A DNA stretch of 64,000 nt from Centroscyllium fabricii (taxonomy: Eukaryota), in contig JBNRSN020000020.1 in NCBI GenBank assembly GCA_051313645.2, forward strand, positions 52,452,001-52,516,000, read 5' to 3'. Made by a program: the position numbers and the translations under genes. Every line of letters starts with the position of its first letter. Position 1 is the first letter of the stretch. The notes beneath the pieces were generated by a model. That model was not told the origin of the DNA. It was given only the letters and a program-made list of their open reading frames with translations, and searched no databases. Of this stretch, positions 42,156 to 51,944 are shown in pieces.

Positions 42156-43262
42156 GGCCCATATTTTCCGATCGCTACGGGTGTGTCTGCGCTGACAGAT
42201 CTTGACAGATTGGACACCTGCCCTGGAGAAGGGCCTCTGCAGGTGGAGAGTTCCACTTTCTGCAGAACCTCTGCCCACTGGAAACACTTAAAAATCTTAT
42301 GCCCGGTAAAAGTGTAAGGCCTGCTTTTACCAGCATAAGAGTTTAAAAAAGTTAAAAGAAGTAATATTTTTTCACTCATTTATAATTTTAACATACTTTT
42401 AAAAAAGATAAGTTTATTTTTAGCTCTGTAAAAAACTTTAATTATATACTTTTTTAAATACATTTTTGTTTAAAATATTTAATTTAATGTAATTTTAACT
42501 CATTTTAAAAACATGATTTAAAAAAATTATTGAATGGGCGGCACAGTGGCACAAGGGTGGCACGGTGGCACAGTGGTTAGCACTGTTGTCTCAAAGGAAT
42601 GGAGACCCGGGTTCAAAACCAGCCTCGGGTGACTACCTGTGTGGAGTTTGCACATTCTCCCCGTGTCTGCGTGGGTTTCCTCCAGGTGCTCCGGTTTCCT
42701 CCCACAGTCCAAAGATGTGTGGGTTAGGTTGATTGGCCATGATAAATTGACCCTTAGTGTTAGGGGGATTGAATATGTGGGGTTGCGGGGATGGGGTGGG
42801 ATGTGTGTCGGTGCAGGCTCGATAGGGATCGAGGGATATGGGGAGAGGGTAGGGGCGGGGTACTGGGTTTGGATGATCAGCCATGATCTCATTGAATGAC
42901 GGAGCAGGCTCGAAGGGCCGAATGGCCTACTCCTGCTCCTAGTTTCTATGTCTATGTCTATGTCTATGTCTATGTTTTATTGTCTTTTTTCAGTGATCCC
43001 CATTCACACATTTGACGGGTCAATCTGTCAAAAGTATGAAGGGACATTCCCTCCTCCCATTGGCTCGTCTGGCCCATGTGATCCCAGGGACCCTTGTGAA
43101 CTGCCTGTTCTCCTGGGATACGTGGGCCCTGCGCATTTCGACTGTGGAGAGGCCCAGGATCGGAAATGGCTGGACCTCAGGAGCCCTCAGGTAAGGATGT
43201 AGATTTTTTTCCCAATAGAGGGCATCCCCATGCAGGAAGCCTCCTATTGGAAATTACGGTCC
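42156..43262. mobile_element. MITE containing a SINE
   Basis: Imperfect TIRs ggcccatattttccgat / attggaaattacggtcc; interrupts CR1. Confidence 0.55.
42536..42975 (+). mobile_element. V-SINE (HE1-like)
   Basis: Closely similar to 32238-32646; (CTATGT)n tail. Confidence 0.88.
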
Positions 43263-43369
43263 AAAATGTTTCCACTTGTGGGGGAATCCAACACGAGAGG
43301 TCATTAATATAATATGGTCACTAATAAATCTAATAGGGATTTCAGGATCAACTTCTTTACCTAAGAGCG

Positions 43370-44787
43370 TGTAAGGGGTTTGGCAGCCGGCCTTCTCCAG
43401 GCTCGACCTAGAGTCCCTGCGCCTTGCCTTGGTCCCGCGACCAGGCCTCGCACACCGGGTCCCTGTGAGCGGTTCGAAACGCTCCCCCCTACGGTTCTCG
43501 ACACTGGGCTTATGTACAGGAGTTGTGATAGTGTAGGTAATTCCTGCCAGAACAGAGTTCCAAGAGACCAGAGATGTGATGTTTAAAACACAGTTCTTTA
43601 TTACACATTCAATAGTTTACAAAAGTAGAACCAAACGTTAATCATTGTTAAAACAGGATGGAGAGGGTACGACACAACGTAACATTGGGCAAACATTAAA
43701 CAGCTACACCCCAATATGCTTCCACGACACCCACCCTCCACTTCCTACACTATCCTATGTCCAGACGTGCAGAAGCGGAACACCATACTCACCATGGGCT
43801 ATGTTTACTGGGGGTTCGGGGTTCGTTGGTTGCACCTCCTTCGTCCTTCGATTAGGTAGCTGTGGAAGGGGCTCTCTCTCTCTCTCGCTCTTCCGCCTTC
43901 CTGGCTTCCTGGCACCGACTTCTGATGCAGGCAAGCACTTTTCTAGCTGATCTCTAACCGAGTGCACCTTTCTTTCTGGTTCAGACCTCCACTGCTTCTC
44001 TCCAGCTCTTACTTTTAAATCGATACAGTTACTGTTTCTGGCTATTAACTGCCATCAGCTCTTTGCTTGAGCTCTCGTTCTTCAGTTCGTCAGTCTGTTA
44101 GCTTCCTAGCTCATCAGTTCCCCTCTGTCCGACTCCCTCTGTCCGTTGTTTTTCTTAGTTCAAAACCCTGGGCCGTTATACCCCCGCACCTCGCGCTTAT
44201 CTGCGCGCCAGATCTAGAGTGCCCTTTTGTCTTTAAGTGAGGTTAGATCTGTTCTTTTCTGTTCTGATCGTCGCCTAACAGCCCGGTAATCTCCTGACCA
44301 CCTGTAAACGTCTTTCTCGTTAAGCGATCTCTGTGCAAAGCTTTTTCCCATCACCGGCCCTCGGGTTTCTATGGGCCTTTTGTTTTAGTTGACGAGGTTA
44401 CCTCGGTGCCCCTTGTCCAAATGCTGGACACCGGCGCCTCCCAGTCTGGGGACTCGATCTCGTTATGTGGGCTATTCATGACCAATATCCCAAGTCTGTC
44501 TGGTCATGATTTTGCAGAAAAATGTGTGTGTGGGGCTGTTTTAGCTTCACTCTGCCAGGCTGATCACGTGGTCAGCGAAGCCATTTTGTGGCCCCTGCTT
44601 GTGTCTGGGGTTTTCTTTTAAAATGTCTCTGGCTATGGTCCTTTTCCCCTGGTACAGAGCCACATCTCCGTACCTAGGGTGCCCCCCACATTATCGGTTT
44701 TAGCAAAAGCATGTTGCTTGCATTTCTGTGTTATGAAAAGTGTTGATAGTAGTTCTGGATCCGGGAAACATCAGCTCAAATCTTACA
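43370..44787 (-). repeat. 3' LTR
   Basis: TGTAAG...CTTACA inverted termini; minus-strand TATAA at 44176-80 and AATAAA at 43597-602. Confidence 0.95.
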
Positions 44788-44800
44788 GTCCCTCCTGTTT
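44788..44800 (-). other. Polypurine tract
   Basis: Minus strand AAACAGGAGGGAC immediately precedes TGTAAG of the 3' LTR. Confidence 0.7.
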
Positions 44801-45209
44801 GATTACACACACCCCAATATGTCGTAATCAAATTAAATTACGGTTGAGCTATGTTTTCCCGGTTGTCCACGTCCAGACCCCCACTATTTTACCTAAACTA
44901 GTGCCCAAGTACTTAACGTACAGTCCCCATCTTTCAGGCCGACCTATACATTACTGCCTTCCCGGGTCACTATATACACATAAACATTCCCCAGATTTGT
45001 GCCCGTCTTTCAAAACTTACACCCTTTTCCTCGGCTGATGCCGTCCGCCAACCGTCCTCCTGTCGGTGATCGTTTTATTGGGGCACAAAGATCAATACAT
45101 ACACCACAAAAAGAAAATACCTTCAAAACTTAAACTTAAATATATATACAGTGTTTTCAATGAGACTCTCTCACAGAGAGGTAAAATTGGAGGTGACTTC
45201 TTCCCCATG

Positions 45210-47456
45210 TCAGCAGCTTGTCTCTGCCTCCGGTTCGTCCGCCCTGACGTACCGGTCCCTCCATTCCCCTCTGCCTATCCGGCTGCGAAGCCGCTGTCTC
45301 CCTCTGCACTGTCCACATATTAAATAGAACACTATAAAAGCTTGCACCACCACTAACACGTGTGATGCAATTCTAACCCAAGATGGGACTTCTATATTAT
45401 TGAACAGGTCCCACCACGGGGGAACCACTATCTCCAATATGTCTGCCCCAATCTTATCTGTCTTCTGTTCCAGGGTGTAAAAATGCTTTTGCGATACGGC
45501 AACTGCTTTTAAAAGTGTTGTGAGGTGTTCGGGGAGAGGGGGTATGGCATACCCAAAATGCGCCACAAAGTGCTGCAGGTTGGTGAAATTCTCCCTTACA
45601 GTGATGTGAACCGTGGAGGGTTCAGGTATGGGGACGATTCGCAGCTGTGCCACTTGAACCTCTGCCTGTGGTTTAAAACAGAAGCTGCTGTCACTCACCG
45701 GACATAGGCCATGCTGCCCGTGTCGGTAGTGTTGCGCTGCAGTGGTAATACAGTAAGTACCACCCCCTATGTATGCCACCTGTGGAGGGACATGGTCCTG
45801 TGCCATCGCCTCCATAGTGCAATTCATAGGCTTCGCGCCAACAGCCCTGAACCCACACTGCTGTACCCGCAAGACATTCAAGTGCTGGGGACACAATATT
45901 ATATGTGCTCCCCTGCTCCGGCACCCCGAGAGGTCTGTACCTGTCATCGACTGCTCCCAGCGGACAACATACGGTGGGACCTCTGCGTAGCGAACGTGTA
46001 CTCCCCCCTGAATTACTCCGATGTTCTCCACCCTGTATACCGGTGCGGGCCTTGCCGTCTTGCCCAACACCGGCATCCGTACCACCACTCCCATGACCGT
46101 GTAATTAGAACGCCCACAGTCAATGGGAACAGGGTACGCCTCTGACGCCAACCTGAGCTGACACGGTGTAAGCGCGTTCTGAAAAGGCTGCAGTGCTTGG
46201 AGGTGTTTGTTACTGATCCAGGACGGGACCAACCCTTGCTTCAGGTCCTCAAGGTTGCTGCGGCCCTCGCCCAGCAACCACGCCCCGTACAGAACGCACA
46301 CCTCGTTCTGCGCAGCCTGGTCAGAAGCGTTCCGATCTTCCTTGATCAGAGCGTTCACCGTGCTCGCGTGTCTTTCTAATTCCGCGATTATCTCGCGCAG
46401 GTGCAGTGTCATCGCCTGGTCCTCATGGAGCTCCGACCCGACGACCTTGTTCTCCTCCGTGAGGATGTCCTTCAACTGCGACTTTAAACCGTTTATCTGG
46501 GTCTGCAGCTCCATGGTGTCGAGAGCGTTGACCACAGAGGCTCCGGTGTTAAAGCCCGTGAACGCATCATTCACTACACCCCTCTTTTGTCTCCCCGTTT
46601 GGCCCCATGTCTCTGGCCCTTGGCGGTACAGGCTTGCCTTGTCTACACTGGCCAGGTCAAATTCGTAAAACTGCCTGTACATATTTGCCAGCAGCACCTG
46701 ATATAACCTTTCGGTCTCCTTGGGGCACCACTCCGGCAACCTTACCTCGGTGAGGTTTAAAATCACCGAGGCCACCGTGTAGTGCACCCCCTGGTATAAT
46801 ACCTGATCTGTTGGTATCAATACCAGGCCATTCTCGGGCCCCCGTGTAGTCTTGGGGCACCCACCCTCCTGTGCTGCTGCCCGCCTCGGTGTGGGAGGTG
46901 TTGTGCGTGGTCGGGTGACGAGTTCAGTGGCGTTAACTGGGCTCGGGGAAAATGGGACCCCACAGGCTTGTGAGCTAACATCCCACCTCATCCCCTTACC
47001 ACCATCTTGCCACTGCTGGTGGAAAAATATGCTGTTCCCTGTGGGGCACAAATACCTGGAACCCCACATACACACATAAATTCCCTCATCAGGCTCCCAC
47101 CACTTGTCCCAACAGACACTCAAACTTTCATTAGTCCCAAAGACTGTCCTGTGAGTGTTGTTGTCCAGCTTTTCCCAATTCACGGTTGAGTTGACCATGG
47201 TCCGGCTGGTTTTCCGTAGCCACCACCTCAACCGGGTGTCGACCTTTCCGGTGCACCTCAGGCAAATCCTCTTGCCGGCCGTGACGCTGATCTTCTGGGC
47301 GACGATCTTCACTTTTGGGCACAATAACTCAGTGTCCCTGAAGAAAAAATCCTGGGGTGCCGAGATACTCAGAAGCGTTCGATCCCAGCCACCCTGGCCA
47401 TCGCCCCTGGTGGAAGAAAACGGCAGCTCCTTCGGTTGTCCGTTGTCCCATCCCAT
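45210..47456 (-). CDS. env: Env: Ig V-like domain + Pro/Thr linker + class I F-type fusion glycoprotein
   Basis: C68-W78-DEGIYVC129 Ig pattern; furin RQKR (46581-92) then GVVNDAFTGFNTGASVVNAL; heptad helix; Cys cluster DLSGC..ILCP..QC..NCT; second heptad; TM IASHVLVVVQAFIVFYLICG; basic tail; several NxS/T sites. Confidence 0.85.
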   Translation of the reverse strand: MGWDNGQPKELPFSSTRGDGQGGWDRTLLSISAPQDFFFRDTELLCPKVKIVAQKISVTAGKRICLRCTGKVDTRLRWWLRKTSRTMVNSTVNWEKLDNNTHRTVFGTNESLSVCWDKWWEPDEGIYVCMWGSRYLCPTGNSIFFHQQWQDGGKGMRWDVSSQACGVPFSPSPVNATELVTRPRTTPPTPRRAAAQEGGCPKTTRGPENGLVLIPTDQVLYQGVHYTVASVILNLTEVRLPEWCPKETERLYQVLLANMYRQFYEFDLASVDKASLYRQGPETWGQTGRQKRGVVNDAFTGFNTGASVVNALDTMELQTQINGLKSQLKDILTEENKVVGSELHEDQAMTLHLREIIAELERHASTVNALIKEDRNASDQAAQNEVCVLYGAWLLGEGRSNLEDLKQGLVPSWISNKHLQALQPFQNALTPCQLRLASEAYPVPIDCGRSNYTVMGVVVRMPVLGKTARPAPVYRVENIGVIQGGVHVRYAEVPPYVVRWEQSMTGTDLSGCRSRGAHIILCPQHLNVLRVQQCGFRAVGAKPMNCTMEAMAQDHVPPQVAYIGGGTYCITTAAQHYRHGQHGLCPVSDSSFCFKPQAEVQVAQLRIVPIPEPSTVHITVRENFTNLQHFVAHFGYAIPPLPEHLTTLLKAVAVSQKHFYTLEQKTDKIGADILEIVVPPWWDLFNNIEVPSWVRIASHVLVVVQAFIVFYLICGQCRGRQRLRSRIGRGEWRDRYVRADEPEAETSC

Positions 47457-47801
47457 CGGTCGCGGTAGGCGCGGTGCTTCCCGAACATCCGTATACCACG
47501 ATGTCCTGGGTGCGGCCCCGATAGGCCCACCCGCATCCGATCGGCAGGAAGATGATTCCCCATCTTAGTGCCTCGTTCGGTTCCTGAAACAGATAACGTT
47601 GGTATAGCCAGCCTCTCCAAGAGCGCTTGGCTGTGTTAAAGACCCATGCTTGGGTCTGATGACCCCAGCCAGTACCCCGCATCTGCACCCTGGACACATT
47701 GCCCCTTTTACCTAACCCAGTAAAATATAACTTAACTTACCACTAAACTTCTTAAAACTACCTCGCCTATAATACAGCGCCGCCCTTCCAAGGCGGCCAG
47801 G

Positions 47802-48755
47802 CTAATCCTGATCCAGGCTGCAGCGCGCCGCTGTCTGTGGCTTGGCCGTGCTGCCTGCATCCTTTGAAGTGCCGCAGCCTGTGGCTGCCTGCCAGTGACC
47901 ATCTTCCTTTCTCCAACCCGACAAACTGCCTGTCGCTGGGGCCCCGTACCATTCCGGCCAAAGCTTCCTCAGTTGAGGTATCCTGCTGGACCTACGGAGA
48001 GTCACCTCAGGCACGGCCCCCTGGGCAGCCCGGTTGAGGACAGGTTCCCGCCGTGCCGCAGCTCGGGTGACCCCCGCAGCTGCCGACCCCGGCCTTTCCT
48101 CATCCAGCACTACCCCCTTGGGGCTGGGTATATCCGCGGCTTCCGACCTCACCCTGTCTGTGACAGGTGGTGAGTCTCCGCCCGCTACCCCCGCCTCCCT
48201 GGTGCTTGAGTCGAGGATGCTCTCGTCATCCCCCTCCGACTCCCACTCCTCCGTCATGAGATTCAGCCCCAGACCGAGCTGATCAGGCTCGTCTTCGTCT
48301 GAGTCCCATCCAAACCGGGACGCCCTCCATTGCTGGGAAACGTCTTCCTCCTTTCCCCTCACGCAGGCAGCTTTACCCACCTGCGTGACCTTCCTCATTT
48401 TTGGCTGTGATTCTCTATCCACAGGGCTTGCCCCTGTGACTGACCCCTGTTTTACCTGCTGCAGCTGACCTGTTGCAGCCTTTGAGGTTTTAAACTCCCT
48501 TTTCACTTCAGCTGCCTGGGTTTTTGCCTCCAGGCTAAACAGCTTGCACCTGCTGTGAAGCATTTTAAAAACCTTGAGTTCTTCCTCTAAACTGCTAGCT
48601 TTTGCCGCTAGCCTGTCATTCTCTTTCCTTAAAGCCCGTTCCACGACCTGAGCTCCTGCAACCTGGCACCCCAGGAAGTCCTCCAAATTACCGGAGGTCT
48701 CTTCCTCTGCATGTCTTTCCGAGGGAACCGGGTTGACAGGCTGCGCGGGCTCCAG
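47802..48755 (-). CDS. ORF2: 317-codon open frame, in frame behind the gag stop (coiled coil + acidic/low-complexity; function unknown)
   Basis: No stop between gag TGA (48756-58) and the annotated 47802-48686 ORF, which starts at TTG rather than ATG. Confidence 0.6.
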   Translation of the reverse strand: MEPAQPVNPVPSERHAEEETSGNLEDFLGCQVAGAQVVERALRKENDRLAAKASSLEEELKVFKMLHSRCKLFSLEAKTQAAEVKREFKTSKAATGQLQQVKQGSVTGASPVDRESQPKMRKVTQVGKAACVRGKEEDVSQQWRASRFGWDSDEDEPDQLGLGLNLMTEEWESEGDDESILDSSTREAGVAGGDSPPVTDRVRSEAADIPSPKGVVLDEERPGSAAAGVTRAAARREPVLNRAAQGAVPEVTLRRSSRIPQLRKLWPEWYGAPATGSLSGWRKEDGHWQAATGCGTSKDAGSTAKPQTAARCSLDQD

Positions 48756-50522
48756 TCACTGGGGAATGTCCGGTGTCCCCCCCGCACCCGGGGAGCCGGT
48801 GGCGACTGCAACCTTCCCTTGTGCTTCCATGAGAGACAGCATCACCTCGATCATTGACTCCAACGTTTCGGGCTTAACGGCTATCTCGGCGCGCGGAGCG
48901 GGGTTGGCCCTAACCTCCTTGGGGAAAGCCCTGCAGTCTTTCCTCCAGTGCCCCACCTTACCGCACCTAAAACACTTGGACTGTGCGGCAGGGTTGCCCT
49001 CCTGACGCCATTCCTTCAGGGCCGATGTAACGGCCTCCGCTACGTGCACCTTCCCCTTGACCGACTTGGTGGCGGTGCTCCGGGTGTTCCGATACCCCAC
49101 GGTGAGGCAGTCCAAAACCGCGTCCTCCGTGGTGTTCGTTGGGTCGAACCAGGCTTTCGCCTGCTCCCGGACAGCTGCTAGGCTGTTCGTTACCAAGCAC
49201 CGAAGCCACTGCGCCCTAACATTTCCGACCAGGGCATCCCGGTTCAGGACCTGCGGGCAGCTACGTTGGTAGACCGGCCACAGTCTCGCCGCAAAAACCC
49301 TCGGAGGTTCTCCCTCCATCTGGAGAGTTTTCCCCAAGCGGGCAAATGGACCCTCATCGTCCGTGCCTAAAACCTCCAGAACCTCTTCCCTTAACTGTTC
49401 GTAGGTTCTGGTACCCCGTTTGCTCTCATCACTGAGGCACTGAAGGAATGAGTAGTCCAGGGAGAACAATAGCATCCTCGCCTGCTCCCCCTCGTCGCAA
49501 CCATTGATTGCGGCGGTCTGCTCAACCTCCTGAAAATGCAGTGAAGGGTCCCCCGATTCGGACAGCTTCCTGACTTGCCCGACCATGGACCTCAACTGCT
49601 GGGCGCTGTGGGGCACTATAATCTGACTTTGGACAGGCCCGGGATCCCCGTTCGCTGCGTCGGGTCCCCGCCTGGTCTCCAGCAATGGACACATCGGTGC
49701 CTGCGCCGGTTCCCTGGCCGGTCCCCCCCCCTGCTCACTCTCCCCAGCGCCCCCCTTCTCCCAGGAAGCCTCATAGCTGGGGGGATCGTGATACGTGGGG
49801 GCCGAAGCCACCACGGGCATGCACGGACCCCTTGCTGGAACCCTTGCCGCTGCCAGTGATGATCCCACTGCGGGGTTCATAAGGCAGACCAACCCACTAG
49901 CCCTATCTAAGGCGCTGCGCAGGCTTTCGATCTCCTCCCTACAAGCCCCGTGATCAGCCCCTTCGGACCGATCCTCCAAAGCCATTTTATAGGCTGCTTT
50001 AACCCCCCGGAGAGTCTCCCCTGTGGCCCCCAACTGTTGGTCTAGGCCGGCACACCGCTGCCTAATTGCGCCCTCACTGAGCTTAGCGTCAGTGATCTGG
50101 CACTCCAACAGTTCAACCTTGGCCTCATAGCGGTTGACCAAAACCCGGCGCTCCTTGTTCAAGGAGTCCAGGGCCTCGATCAACTGGAGCCCTCCCTCAG
50201 CCTTTTCACTCACCTCCTCACGGAGGTTCCCTATCTGGGCTGCCTGCGCTGCCACTACACGGTCCAGGAGCTGGACCTGCTTCTTGTAGCACGACAGCCA
50301 GACGGCCTTTTCTACCAATTTCTTGTGTGCCTTGCTGGACGTCCACCGGATCGCTGCATCCAGTGGGCGCTTGTCTTCCAGCAACTCACACATCCATGAC
50401 TTGGTCAGATTGACCTTGCTGAACACATAGTCGGCCATGCGTTCATCCATCATATCCTTAGTTCTTACAACCGTTTCTGGCACACTATCATCCTGTTGCC
50501 AGTGTCCCTTCGTGATCGCCAT
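48756..50522 (-). CDS. gag: Gag polyprotein
   Basis: N-terminal coiled coil, PPSY late motif, capsid-like region with MHR-like LQMEGEPPRVFAARL, knuckle CFRCGKVGHWRKDC. The first ATG overlaps the PBS, so the true start may be MMDERM near 50453. Confidence 0.88.
   Translation of the reverse strand: MAITKGHWQQDDSVPETVVRTKDMMDERMADYVFSKVNLTKSWMCELLEDKRPLDAAIRWTSSKAHKKLVEKAVWLSCYKKQVQLLDRVVAAQAAQIGNLREEVSEKAEGGLQLIEALDSLNKERRVLVNRYEAKVELLECQITDAKLSEGAIRQRCAGLDQQLGATGETLRGVKAAYKMALEDRSEGADHGACREEIESLRSALDRASGLVCLMNPAVGSSLAAARVPARGPCMPVVASAPTYHDPPSYEASWEKGGAGESEQGGGPAREPAQAPMCPLLETRRGPDAANGDPGPVQSQIIVPHSAQQLRSMVGQVRKLSESGDPSLHFQEVEQTAAINGCDEGEQARMLLFSLDYSFLQCLSDESKRGTRTYEQLREEVLEVLGTDDEGPFARLGKTLQMEGEPPRVFAARLWPVYQRSCPQVLNRDALVGNVRAQWLRCLVTNSLAAVREQAKAWFDPTNTTEDAVLDCLTVGYRNTRSTATKSVKGKVHVAEAVTSALKEWRQEGNPAAQSKCFRCGKVGHWRKDCRAFPKEVRANPAPRAEIAVKPETLESMIEVMLSLMEAQGKVAVATGSPGAGGTPDIPQ
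50504..50521 (-). other. Primer binding site, tRNA-Arg(UCG)
   Basis: TGGCGATCACGAAGGGAC lies 5 nt after the LTR; 17/18 complementary to the vertebrate tRNA-Arg-TCG 3' end GTCCCTTCGTGGTCG-CCA (tRNA sequence recalled, not looked up). Confidence 0.8.
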
Positions 50523-50526
50523 AATC

Positions 50527-51944
50527 TGTAAGGGGTTTGGCAGCCGGCCTTCTCCAGGCTCGACCTAGAGTCCCTGCGCCTTGCCTTGGTCCCGCGACCA
50601 GGCCTCGCACACCGGGTCCCTGTGAGCGGTTCGAAACGCTCCCCCCTACGGTTCTCGACACTGGGCTTATGTACAGGAGTTGTGATAGTGTAGGTAATTC
50701 CTGCCAGAACAGAGTTCCAAGAGACCAGAGATGTGATGTTTAAAACACAGTTCTTTATTACACATTCAATAGTTTACAAAAGTAGAACCAAACGTTAATC
50801 ATTGTTAAAACAGGATGGAGAGGGTACGACACAACGTAACATTGGGCAAACATTAAACAGCTACACCCCAATATGCTTCCACGACACCCACCCTCCACTT
50901 CCTACACTATCCTATGTCCAGACGTGCAGAAGCGGAACACCATACTCACCATGGGCTATGTTTACTGGGGGTTCGGGGTTCGTTGGTTGCACCTCCTTCG
51001 TCCTTCGATTAGGTAGCTGTGGAAGGGGCTCTCTCTCTCTCTCGCTCTTCCGCCTTCCTGGCTTCCTGGCACCGACTTCTGATGCAGGCAAGCACTTTTC
51101 TAGCTGATCTCTAACCGAGTGCACCTTTCTTTCTGGTTCAGACCTCCACTGCTTCTCTCCAGCTCTTACTTTTAAATCGATACTGTTACTGTTTCTGGCT
51201 ATTAACTGCCATCAGCTCTTTGCTTGAGCTCTCGTTCTTCAGTTCGTCAGTCTGTTAGCTTCCTAGCTCATCAGTTCCCCTCTGTCCGACTCCCTCTGTC
51301 CGTTGTTTTTCTTAGTTCAAAACCCTGGGCCGTTATACCCCCGCACCTCGTGCTTATCTGCGCGCCAGATCTAGAGTGCCCTTTTGTCTTTAAGTGAGGT
51401 TAGATCTGTTCTTTTCTGTTCTGATCGTCGCCTAACAGCCCGGTAATCTCCTGACCACCTGTAAACGTCTTTCTCGTTAAGCGATCTCTGTGCAAAGCTT
51501 TTTCCCATCACCGGCCCTCGGGTTTCTATGGGCCTTTTGTTTTAGTTGACGAGGTTACCTCGGTGCCCCTTGTCCAAATGCTGGACACCGGCGCCTCCCA
51601 GTCTGGGGACTCGATCTCGTTATGTGGGCTATTCATGACCAATATCCCAAGTCTGTCTGGTCATGATTTTGCAGAAAAATGTGTGTGTGGGGCTGTTTTA
51701 GCTTCACTCTGCCAGGCTGATCACGTGGTCGGCGAAGCCATTTTGTGGCCCCTGCTTGTGTCTGGGGTTTTCTTTTAAAATGTCTCTGGCTATGGTCCTT
51801 TTCCCCTGGTACAGAGCCACATCTCCGTACCCAGGGTGCCCCCCACATTATCGGTTTTAGCAAAAGCATGTTGCTTGCAGTTCTGTGTTATGAAAAGTGT
51901 TGATAGTAGTTCTGGATCCGGGAAACATCAGCTCAAATCTTAAA
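50527..51944 (-). repeat. 5' LTR
   Basis: Copy of 43370-44787; outer terminal C>A change at 51943. Confidence 0.95.

Larger units (their letters stand above)
43370..51944 (-). mobile_element. Young pol-less endogenous retrovirus-like LTR element (gag-ORF2-env)
   Basis: Two 1418-bp LTRs at constant 7157 offset with ~6 substitutions seen; AGCG TSD (43366-69, 51945-48); PBS; PPT; three long minus-strand ORFs; no RT, IN or PR motifs. Confidence 0.95.

Noticed and set aside
43380-44621. Short ORFs duplicated at 50537-51778
   Set aside because: Identical only because they lie in the two LTRs; no coding features.
45525-49882. Plus-strand ORFs antisense to gag/env
   Set aside because: Short shadow frames of GC-rich coding sequence.
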